Shown here in pieces: positions 1 through 9,464 of a DNA stretch of 35,830 nucleotides. Each line of letters opens with the position of its first letter. Position 1 is the first letter of the stretch. The notes under the pieces are model-generated. The model was given only the letters and a program-made list of their open reading frames with translations, was not told where the DNA came from and did no database searches. Both the position numbers and the translations under genes were made by a program. The stretch comes from an uncultured Mycoplasmataceae bacterium (GTDB taxonomy: Bacteria > Bacillota_I > Bacilli_A > Mycoplasmatales > Mycoplasmoidaceae), in the NCBI GenBank assembly GCA_900316595.1, contig ONDN01000064.1, forward strand, positions 1-35,830. Direction: 5' to 3'.

Positions 1-903
1 AAAGTACTTTAATTTATTTTCCCCTAATACATTTTTTATTATGTTAATTACTTTAAAAATTTCGATTTTATTAGAAGCACCATATGGAATATTAATCAAT
101 TTCAAATCTTTATATTCATGTAATTTTGCTTCAAGCTTATTTATCATATTAATAAACTCATAACGGGCAATAATACTTGCAGCAGCAATAGCAATATATT
201 TAGATTCAGATTTAGTTTCAAATATATCTATTTTATTTTTGTTAGCATATTCAATCCCTAAACTGTTTAAGTATCGCAAATAATTATCTTTTGTGCAATA
301 TTGGTCCATATAAACCGGAATATTTATACCTACTTTTGATCTAAGTTTTGTTATGCAATCATTATGTCCTCATGTTTTTATAATGTGAGCATTTTTATAC
401 TTTTCATATAAATCATTAAATTTACTAGGAAAAATAATACATACAACATTAGGACATATTTTTTTAATTTTTGGTGCAATAGTTAAAATTTTTTCATCTG
501 ATATTTTTTTTGAATCATCAATACATAATTTTTTAAGTTCCTTGCTTAAAGCAAGATCAACATAAACAGCACAGCAAACTATACCGCCAAAATAATCACC
601 AACACCAACTTCATCACATCCAATGTATGTTGATTGTATATCACTAATCATTGTTTGTGTTTTATTAAACTCTACATATGGTAAGTCTAACTTAACACAA
701 ACTTTTACCACATTAGTACCTTGTACAACAATTTTTTTAGACTTATAAAGAGAAATAGTTGTTTTATCAACAACAAATCGATCAAAAAATTGATTTGATT
801 CGATTAAACTATCTTTTGATTCCTTTAGAAATTTAAGAACACGCTTGTATTCACCATCCGTTAACTTATTTGAATACAATGACTTATTGTATTTCTGTGG
901 CAT
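1..903 (-). CDS. rnhC: Ribonuclease HIII; the C-terminal end runs off the left edge of the window
   Basis: ATG at 903-901. Track ORF 370..903 continues through an in-frame TGA (372-370). I checked codon by codon and found no TAA/TAG down to base 1. It has an N-terminal HIII-type domain (...ISLYKSKKIVVQGTN...), then the RNase H2-fold motif GCDEVGVGDYFGG and ...YIAIAAASIIARYEF... Confidence 0.8.
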
Positions 904-923
904 TTTAATAGATTAACTATTTT

Positions 924-1241
924 TTATCTTCTAGACTTTCTTTTATTTCCTCGTCTATTCTTTTTAGAATATTTTGCTTTTGATCTTCTTTTTTTAGGTT
1001 TTGGTCCTGGTTTACCACGTCTTACTATAGAATGTGAATTAACTACTTCAATTCTACCGCTTGAATTATGAACAACTAAATTAGTTTTATATTTTCTAGA
1101 TATAGCACGAGCCTTTTTAATAGCAGTTGATTTTTTACGTGTGTGAAATGTTCGACGACCTGCTTTATTAACTTTAACATCTCATCCGCCATCTTTGTTT
1201 GGAACTACATGATGAGCATTAGTAGTTTTCTTTTTTGCCAT
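924..1241 (-). CDS. DUF2188-like small protein with a strongly basic C-terminal tail (105 aa)
   Basis: It is missing from the ORF track because an internal TGA (Trp) splits it. ATG at 1241-1239 and TAA at 926-924. Hand translation: MAKKKTTNAHHVVPNKDGGWDVKVNKAGRRTFHTRKKSTAIKKARAISRKYKTNLVVHNSSGRIEVVNSHSIVRRGKPGPKPKKRRSKAKYSKKNRRGNKRKSRR. The 'HVVPNKDGGWDVK...A...A..IA....' core matches the DUF2188 pattern as I remember it. Confidence 0.6.
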
Positions 1242-1311
1242 ATTTTATTCTCCTATATTTCATTGTACCATATTTAATCTTATTAATTAAGTGCTATGTA
1301 TTCTAATTAAT

Positions 1312-1323
1312 TATGTGCACATA
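1312..1323. promoter_or_regulatory. Perfect 12-bp palindrome TATGTGCACATA in the divergent intergenic region; candidate operator
   Basis: Read directly: tatgtgcacata equals its own reverse complement. It has a G/C-containing core in otherwise A/T-only surroundings. It lies between the divergent starts at 1241 (-) and 1415 (+). Confidence 0.25.
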
Positions 1324-1361
1324 TTGCAATAGTAAAGATTAAATTTATCCAAGTATAGAGT

Positions 1362-1395
1362 AAATGTCTCTCAATTTGTGGAGACATTTTTTATT
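1362..1395 (+). terminator. Terminator-like hairpin followed by a T-tract on the + strand, upstream of the GpsB-like gene
   Basis: Stem aaatgtctc (1362-1370) pairs with gagacattt (1381-1389) across a 10-nt loop. It is followed by tttatttat. There is no + strand gene upstream for it to terminate. Confidence 0.3.
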
Positions 1396-1401
1396 TATAA
1401 T
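1396..1401 (+). promoter_or_regulatory. Candidate -10 box TATAAT for the GpsB-like gene (very short leader)
   Basis: An exact TATAAT lies 13 nt upstream of the ATG at 1415. No convincing -35 box is present, which is common in mycoplasmas. Confidence 0.3.
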
Positions 1402-1414
1402 GATAATAAAAACA

Positions 1415-1771
1415 ATGAATTACAATTTTGATAAAAAAGTAGCTGAAATTTTAAACAAAAAATTTAAATCTAAAATTCATAGTGGTTATGACCCAGAAGA
1501 TGTAGATAATTTTTTTGATGAAACTATTGAATATATCAAGGTAATTGATGAATATCGTAAATCTTTAGATAATATTGTCAACAATTATGAAAGAAAAATA
1601 AATCATTTAACTTCTGAAATTGAAGAAAAAGAAAAAATGATTAATACTTTACAAACTAAATTAGAAGATTTAAATAAAGATGGATACACTTATCGTCATA
1701 TGATGGATAAGGTTAATAGATTAGAAGCACAAATCCAAAAAGATAATTCAAACAAAAAAGGAAAAGAATAA
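1415..1771 (+). CDS. DivIVA-domain protein, GpsB-like (118 aa)
   Basis: I chose the internal ATG at 1415 within track ORF 1364..1771, because the upstream part of that ORF covers the hairpin. The N-terminus ...ILNKKFKSKIHSGYDPEDVDNFFDETIEYI... is the DivIVA/GpsB signature (F..x..GY..eDVD.FLD). A coiled coil follows, then a short C-terminal ...RHMMDKVNRLEAQI... segment resembling the GpsB C-terminal domain. Confidence 0.7.
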   Translation: MNYNFDKKVAEILNKKFKSKIHSGYDPEDVDNFFDETIEYIKVIDEYRKSLDNIVNNYERKINHLTSEIEEKEKMINTLQTKLEDLNKDGYTYRHMMDKVNRLEAQIQKDNSNKKGKE

Positions 1772-1806
1772 CATATCTTTTGTTTTTATAAAAATGTATT
1801 TATATA

Positions 1807-1812
1807 TATAAT
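1807..1812 (+). promoter_or_regulatory. Candidate -10 box TATAAT for tuf
   Basis: An exact TATAAT lies 35 nt upstream of the tuf ATG. A GGA-type ribosome-binding site (aaaggaaaa) sits just before the ATG. Confidence 0.3.
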
Positions 1813-1847
1813 TAATACACGAGTTTATAAAATTTGAAAGGAAAATT

Positions 1848-3044
1848 ATGGCAGATAAAGTTAAATTTGACAGAACAAAACCTCATGTTAACATTGGTAC
1901 CATTGGACATATTGACCATGGTAAAACAACTTTGACAGCTGCAATTTGTACATATTTATCAAAACATGCTGAAAAAGGTAGTGCTGAAGCAAGAGACTAT
2001 TCATCAATTGATAGTGCTCCAGAGGAAAAGGCACGTGGTATTACAATTAATACTACACACGTTGAATATTCAACACAAAAAAGACACTATGCACACGTAG
2101 ACTGTCCAGGACACGCTGACTACATTAAAAATATGATTACAGGTGCTGCACAAATGGATGGAGCAATCTTAGTAGTTGCTGCAACTGATGGTGTAATGCC
2201 TCAAACACGTGAACACATTCTATTGGCTAAACAAGTTGGTGTTCCTCGTATCGTTATTTTCATGAATAAATGTGATATGGCAAATGATCCTGAAATTCAA
2301 GAGCTTGTTGAAATGGAAGTTCGTGATCTATTAAACAAATATGGTTTTGATGGAGACAAATCACCAGTTATCCGTGGTAGTGCTTTAGGTGCACTTAAAG
2401 GTGAGGCTCAATGAGAAGAATCAATTGGTAAATTATTAGATGCAATTGATGAATGAATTCCAACACCAGTTCATGATTTGGATAAACCATTCTTATTACC
2501 TATTGAAGATATTTTCACTATTTCAGGTCGTGGTACAGTTGTAACTGGTCGTGTAGAACGTGGTCAAATTAAATTAAATGATGAAGTTGAAATTGTTGGT
2601 TTAAAACCTACAACTAAATCAGTTGTTACTGGTCTAGAAATGTTCCACAAGATGTTAGACTATGCTGAAGCTGGTGATAATGCTGGTGTACTATTACGAG
2701 GTATAAACCGAGAAGATGTACAACGTGGTCAAATTCTTGCTAAACCAGGTTCAATTAAACCTTACAAAAAATTTAAAGCACAAATCTATATTCTTAAGAA
2801 AGAAGAAGGTGGACGTCACACACCATTCTTGAATGGATACCGTCCTCAATTCTACTTCAGAACAACTGATGTAACAGGTTCAATAACATTGAAACAAGGA
2901 GTAGAAATGGTAATGCCAGGTGATAACACTGAAATTTCTGTTGAATTAATTGCTCCTATTGCTATTGAAAAAGGTTCAAAATTCTCAGTACGTGAAGGTG
3001 GTCACACTGTAGGTGCTGGTTCAGTTGTAGAAATTGCTGAATAA
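1848..3044 (+). CDS. tuf: Elongation factor Tu
   Basis: Track ORFs 1848..2414 and 2478..3044 are in the same frame. They are joined through two TGA codons, giving ...[31 protein letters not shown]... The motifs [17 protein letters not shown] and NKCD are present. The gene ends with TAA at 3042-3044. Confidence 0.97.
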
Positions 3045-3060
3045 ATTAATTTTCTTTTAA

Positions 3061-3097
3061 AAAAGTCGCCCAAGTTGAATTGGGTGACTTTTTTTAT
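3061..3097. terminator. Intrinsic terminator hairpin, plausibly bidirectional (tuf on +, tRNA/ezrA train on -)
   Basis: The sequence is aaaagtcgccc-aagttgaatt-gggtgactttt. The stem has one G.U pair and is flanked by an A-run on the left and a T-run on the right. Both strands therefore read as hairpin plus U-tract. Confidence 0.6.
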
Positions 3098-3106
3098 TTA
3101 TTATTA

Positions 3107-3183
3107 TGGTAGCTCGTGCGGGAATCAAACCCAGCAAATCTACGCTTGAGAGGCGTATGTGTTCATCATTTCACCAACGAGCT
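3107..3183 (-). tRNA. tRNA with anticodon CUC (Glu) by hand fold; non-canonical D-loop, T-loop and T-stem
   Basis: The minus strand reads AGCTCGT-TG-GTGA-AATGATGA-ACAC-A-TACGC-CTCTCAA-GCGTA-GATTTG-CTGGG-TTTGATT-CCCGC-ACGAGCT-A-CCA. It has a perfect 7-bp acceptor stem, an encoded CCA and a 5-bp anticodon stem. The anticodon loop is C-U-CUC-A-A. The D-loop lacks GG, the T-loop is TTTGA rather than TTCGA, and the T-stem has a mismatch or bulge. Confidence 0.6.
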
Positions 3184-3202
3184 ATATAACACAAAGATTA
3201 TA

Positions 3203-4903
3203 TTAATTATATTTAATATGATTTACCTTAGCTGATAATTTAATGTGTTCTAATGTTTTAAATAAATAGTCAAATCCTTCTTTATATTTTTTTGCTTGAT
3301 ATAATCTTTCAGCTTCTTGTATTGAATCTTCAATCATTTTATCCTCATGTCGATATTTATTCGCAGAGAAAATTAAACATCTTAAATAGTACTTCATTGT
3401 ATTATCTAATGAGCATGCATTGTAATATGAAATAACTAATTGCTTTAATAATTCAATTTGTTCATTTACATATTTAAAATTAAATGCATAGTTTTTACGA
3501 ATTAATCCAATCAATTCATTAATCTTAATTAGATTCTGATCAATACTTTTAATGATTTCTTCATTTTGTGAATTAATTGTACTTTTAAAATTCTTTAATT
3601 GAGTGAATGTTCATTGTAAATCAAATAAATCATTAATTAGCGCAATTGATGACTGATATTTACTTGTAATATCTTTTCATAAATTAATAATGTTAGATTG
3701 TCATTTAATAACATCTTTATAAAAAATTAAAATGTCTTTTAAGAAATTTATACGATCATTGTAATTAGTATCATTTGCTTGATTTTTTAGAATATTAAGT
3801 TGTATATTCATCTTCTTATATTTATCTTGTAATTTATCAATTTGTGCACTAATTTCATTAGAATTATATTCACTGAAATAATTATTAATTTGTTGAAAGC
3901 TATTTTTTAATGAAAAATAATTATTTGACCATAATTCAAATGTTTCACTAATAAACTTTATACTATTTTGAATTAATAGATTAATTCGATCATTATGCTT
4001 GAATATATTAATTGTAGGTTCGACTTGTTGTGAAATAATCCTAATTAGTTCAAATGATTGATCAAAATCTAGATTGTTTAAATTAGTATTTAAATCATCA
4101 AGATTAATCTTTACACTAACAATAATTTTTTCAACATCTCGACGTTCTTTTTCAAATAAGACATTACTATTCTTTTCAAATAGCTCATCAAGATCTTGCT
4201 TTGATTTTGTTAAGTAAAAGAATGCTTGTAAATAAATATAAAGTGTTTTTACTAAGGAATAATAACTAATACATTTTTCATTGACTTGATTAATAGATTC
4301 AACTATTTTTTGATTGTTGATTTTTGTTAAATAATTATTGCAATCTATTAACAACATTTTAATTTCTTTAGATAATTGAACAAGAATTTGTTTGTCAAAT
4401 TTAGAAAGTAAATTATTAGTATGAAAATTATTTATAGCATCAAAGATTATCTTATATTTAGTTAATATTATTCTTGTCGAATCTGTGTAGTCAGTTGTTG
4501 TATTATATAGATTAAAAATATTGTCATGTAATTTATGACAATTTGCTAAATCAACATTAATTTGCTTAATAAGTTTATTAGATATAGAAAATCTGAACTG
4601 TCTATTAAAATTTGTTAGATTTATAATTTTAGTTTTTAACTTGTCAACTTGTTCTTTATAAAATTTCTTGGCTTCAATTATATTGAGAACAACACCTTCT
4701 AATTGCTTGTTATTTTTTGAAAGAGCTTCAAGATAATTCAAACCACCAGAAATTGAAAAAATAGCTATTTCATTATATTCATTCTTAATGTTTTGCTCTT
4801 TTTTAATAAATTTTCTTTGAAGAAGAAATATAACAGTAAAAAAAATAAATACCAAAACTAACAAAGATGATAAAGATATTAAAGCAATGTTAATAATGCT
4901 CAT
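3203..4903 (-). CDS. ezrA: Septation ring formation regulator EzrA-like protein (566 aa)
   Basis: Track ORFs 3203..3514 and 3701..4903 share a frame. I translated the gap and it contains only TGA codons (3 of them), with no TAA/TAG. The protein has a single N-terminal TM helix (IINIALISLSSLLVLVFIFFTVIFLL) followed by about 530 aa of coiled-coil-type sequence. The C-terminal patch ...SANKYRHEDKMIEDSIQEAERLY... resembles the conserved C-terminal patch of Bacillus EzrA as I recall it. Confidence 0.7.
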
Positions 4904-4929
4904 AGTATATACTAATTATATTTATATTA

Positions 4930-5715
4930 TTTAGTATTTGAAATAGACACCAATTTAATAGTTGGATAATATTTAATGATTTTTAACATTGAGAAATTAT
5001 CAAGCAATATTTCATAAATTAAATCAATAAAATATTTTTCAAGATCATGACCAACATCAAGACCATTAATACTTAAATCATCTAATAAAATTCAATCATG
5101 TCATTTAATATCACCGGTTACAATAAGTGAATTTTTGCTAAAATTGTTTAAGTCATTTTTTAAGTTGCTAAATCCTGCTCCACAAGACAAAATTACAGAA
5201 TCTATAGTTTTTGATTTTTTAAGAAATTTAATATTACCTGTTTTAAATATCTTATTAATAAAATTAATAGCATTTGAAAATTCCATTTTTTTATTAAATG
5301 ACCCTATATAATATAAAACTTTATTATTTGCATTTTTAATACATGAAATATTTTTGAGCTTTAAAATCTTGATTAAGTAATAATTTAGACCATATTCATT
5401 AAAATCTACACAAGTATGAAGAGAAATTAAACTTATTTTGTGTTTCTTCAATTTATTTAGCAATGAAATAGAATTACATTGATCTTCAATTTCATTAGAA
5501 TTAATAAAAATAGGATGATGCGAAATTATTACATCATATCCTGATTTTATTGCAAAATTAATAACTTTTTCATTACAATCAAGACATATTAAAACTTTGC
5601 TAATATTTTTATCTCATGAGTAAAAACGACGAATTCCACTTTGATCTCACTCGTCTTGCAATTTTAAACTAAATTTATTTGTTAGTGCTTTATATATTTT
5701 TTTTAAAGTAATCAC
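4930..5715 (-). CDS. Nif3-like dinuclear metal centre protein (YqfO/YbgI family)
   Basis: I extended track ORF 5101..5463 in both directions through TGA codons. Upstream it reads (GTG)ITLKKIYKALTNKFSLKLQDEWDQSG...VLICLDCNEKVINFAIKSGYDVIISHHPIF. Downstream it reads ...VTGDIKWHDWILLDDLSINGLDVGHDLEKYF..., ending with TAA at 4932-4930. The start is assigned to GTG at 5715-5713 because no in-frame ATG is available. It overlaps the end of trmK by 26 nt. Confidence 0.8.
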
Positions 5716-6361
5716 TTATTAACCTCATTTCATGTCTTATATTCTTATTGTATTTTATTGCCACAGGATTACTTTTAATAAATTCTAATTGTTGTTCTAA
5801 CATTTTATTAAAAAGTAAGGATTTATGTTTTAGGTTATAAATACCAAAATAATAATCATTTGTAGTTTTTGCAATTAATGAATTTTTTGTTTTGTTTGTT
5901 GTCACATGAATCAATTGATAATAATATTTACGATCATAGATTGTTTCCTCATATTCAAAATATAAATAATTCTCTGCTAGAAATTTTCTTAGTAAATCAA
6001 GTTCACTGTTAGAGACTATGATAAAATTGTCAATTCGAATATCTTTATCAATATTAGAAATAATATTAATTATTTTATTACTACCCATACCTGAAATAAC
6101 TACATAATCAAAATGCTTTTCATATTTTCAATTTTTTAATCCATCATTTAAAACATTAATAACCTTGTTTGTGGCTGTGTATTTTCTTGTATTATTAATT
6201 GACATATTTAATGGTTTTTGATTAATTTCAATGTTATAAATTTTATTTACCTTTTTATTTTTTAATATCTCTAAAGCAAGAAATGCATGGTCACTTCCAA
6301 TGTCAGCAACTATGCATTTCTCTTTTTTAATTCTGTTAGCTATTGCAGCAATTCTATTCAT
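5690..6361 (-). CDS. trmK: tRNA (adenine22-N1)-methyltransferase TrmK-like
   Basis: Track ORFs 5690..6088 and 6128..6379 are in the same frame and are joined through a TGA. The N-terminus is [29 protein letters not shown]... and further on ...DYVVISGMGSNKII. The gene order rpoD-trmK-NIF3 matches Bacillus rpoD-yqfN-yqfO. I chose the ATG at 6361-6359. Confidence 0.8.
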
Positions 6362-7952
6362 GATTTGTAATGTCAACAAAACTTGCCAATTTAAAACTCT
6401 TACTTGGATGTTTTAATTTACGCATTGCTTTAGCTTCAACTTGTCTAATTACATCACATTGCTTATGCAATTTTTGACTTATCTCATTTAAATTCATTGA
6501 TGAATAATATGGTTTTAAGCCAAAACGCATTCGAATAATTTCTTGTTCTTCATCAGTTAATGCTGTTTTTAATAAATCTTCAATATGTTCTGAAACTAAT
6601 TCATGATAAGCATAAACATCTGGTGATGGGGTATTTTTTTCTCTTAGAAAATCAGTAAATTGTGAATTATTATCATGTTCAATAGGGCGATCAAGTGAAA
6701 CAGAATCAATTGCAATTTTACGAATATCACTAATTTTTTTTGCAGAGAATCCTTCTTTTTCTCCACCCATGCCTTGAGTTAATTCATCAATTGTTGGTGC
6801 TCTTCCCAATTTTTGAGTTAAATTACTTTCTGTTTTGAATAATTTATTAATGGTATCCATTAAATGTACTGGTACACGAATTACACGTGTTTGATCAGCA
6901 ATAGCTCTAGTAATGGATTGTCTAATCCATCAAGTAGCATATGTTGAAAACTTATTACCCAAACGGTAATCATATTTAGAAATTGCCTTCATTAAACCAA
7001 CAATACCTTCTTGAATTAAATCTTCCAAATCAATCCCATAATTTAAATACTTTTTAGCAATTGAAGTAACTAAACGCAAATTTGATGTAACAAATTGATT
7101 TTGTGCATATTGACGCATTTCAGGATCTGGATCATCTAAAAGTTTAGCGATTTTTGTTTCTTCTTCACTTGATAGCATTCTTGAAGAACCCAAAACAGAT
7201 AAAAAAGCTTTAATTCCGTCATTAATTTTTTCTTTAGTAGAAATTTTTAAAATGCCAGTAACATCATCTATATTACTATTTAAAAAATTTTCAGCAAACT
7301 CTTTATCTTCTTCGTTAGCAATGATTTTTACACCTTGTTTAGCCAATGCTTTTTCAAAAATGCTATAAATATCATCAGGTAATTTACAATTGATTAAGCT
7401 CTTAGCAATCTTTTCTCATTCAATAGTATTTCTATTGTGTTTACGAGTTTTTGCCTTTTTAATAAAATGTTCAATTAATTCATTAATTTCGAGATTTGAA
7501 ATCTTACGTAACTTTACATTATTCTCAAGAATTGTAGATCTAACATAACCACCATATTTACCTGAGGCAGTAGATTTGTTAAAAATTAGTTTTCTAACAG
7601 TAGGCTTTCTACCACGCTTTTGAACTTTTTGTTCAACTAAAATTTGATTTGATTTTTGTTTTTTATTAATTAATTCTCTAGACTTAAAAGGAGTATATGT
7701 TTTTGTTTTAGCAACTACTTTCTTAACAAAAATATGTTTTTTGTTTTTTTTATTATTTTTGTTATCGCCTTTAATAATTTGTTTTTTTGCAGATCCTTTT
7801 GCAACTTTTTTAATAGGTTTCTTAGTAGACTTTTTAATAACTTTCTTAGTAGATTTTTTAATAGGCTTCTTAGCAACCTTTTTACTTAATTTTTTATTAG
7901 TAGATTTTTTAGTTAATTTAGATAATTTTGAAGATTTAGTTTTACGACTCAT
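6354..7952 (-). CDS. rpoD: RNA polymerase sigma factor RpoD/SigA with a lysine-rich N-terminal extension (532 aa)
   Basis: Three track ORFs (6354..6860, 6930..7346, 7416..7973) share a frame, and both gaps translate without a stop. Region 2 reads [30 protein letters not shown], and region 4 reads ...[16 protein letters not shown] chose the ATG at 7952-7950 (MSRKTKSS...). Confidence 0.95.
7782..7916 (-). repeat. Imperfect ~24-bp (8-codon) tandem repeat, about 5 units, encoding K-[PV]-I-K-K-S-T-K-type units inside rpoD
   Basis: The protein reads LTKKSTNK / KLSKKVAK / KPIKKSTK / KVIKKSTK / KPIKKVAK. On the + strand it shows as repeated tttttaata[ga][gc]nttcttagtaga units. Confidence 0.5.
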
Positions 7953-7962
7953 ATTCTTTATA

Positions 7963-7968
7963 ATTATA
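7963..7968 (-). promoter_or_regulatory. Candidate -10 box TATAAT for rpoD (near-leaderless)
   Basis: The minus strand reads ...TTGTTA-18 nt-TATAAT-tataaagaat-ATG. Only 10 nt separate the -10 box from the start codon. Confidence 0.25.
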
Positions 7969-8001
7969 TACACATAACTTGTAAATTAACAAGAGATTTT
8001 A

Positions 8002-8247
8002 TTAAACGTAGAAATTAATTGCACTTCTTGATGGGAATGCTGACATTCTGATCATCGTACTTTTCTTTGAAGAATAATTATAACTAGATCTAGATTGTGA
8101 ACCAGAACTAACTGCTTGCATTACAGAAGAAGCTATTCCGGATATGCATGACATAATTAATCCAATTCCCATAATTGCCACTCATGCAGTCATTGCTGCA
8201 CTACCAGCAATTGTTGTTTTCTTTTCTTGAATTGATAATTTTCTCAT
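8002..8247 (-). CDS. Small hypothetical membrane protein (81 aa) with a strong Shine-Dalgarno sequence
   Basis: It is not in the ORF track because of an internal TGA. The minus strand reads gaAAGGAGGaaaaATG, with the ATG at 8247-8245 and TAA at 8004-8002. Translation: MRKLSIQEKKTTIAGSAAMTAWVAIMGIGLIMSCISGIASSVMQAVSSGSQSRSSYNYSSKKSTMIRMSAFPSRSAINFYV. It has one Gly/Ala/Ser-rich TM helix. Confidence 0.5.
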
Positions 8248-8251
8248 TTTT

Positions 8252-8258
8252 CCTCCTT
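8252..8258 (-). promoter_or_regulatory. Shine-Dalgarno AAGGAGG for the 81-aa ORF
   Basis: The + strand cctcctt corresponds to AAGGAGG on the minus strand, 4 nt before the ATG. It is the strongest SD I saw in the window. Confidence 0.5.
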
Positions 8259-8294
8259 TCAAGAAATAAAATGGCAAAAAATTGAAAAAATGTA

Positions 8295-9419
<1,125 letters not shown>

Positions 9420-9464
9420 TTAAGAAATGTTTTTATTATAATATATATCATTATTACGTAGTTT

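Noticed and set aside
1364-1414. Upstream extension of the GpsB-like ORF (MSLNLWRHFLFIMIIKT...) as given in the track.
   Set aside because: The extension is encoded by the hairpin and T-tract and by the TATAAT box itself. The DivIVA homology begins right after the internal ATG at 1415.
1848-3044. Many essential genes look broken into 2-6 pieces in the ORF track (tuf, rpoD, polC, proS, metG, tpiA and others), suggesting pseudogenes or frameshifts.
   Set aside because: All pieces of each gene share one frame. The only interruptions are TGA codons, often at invariant Trp positions. This is translation table 4, not gene decay.
7741-7977. 78-aa + strand ORF ([13 protein letters not shown]...) opposite the rpoD 5' region.
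   Set aside because: It is the antisense shadow of the lysine-rich (AAA/AAG) repeat region, which reads as Phe/Leu on the other strand. It has no independent signals.
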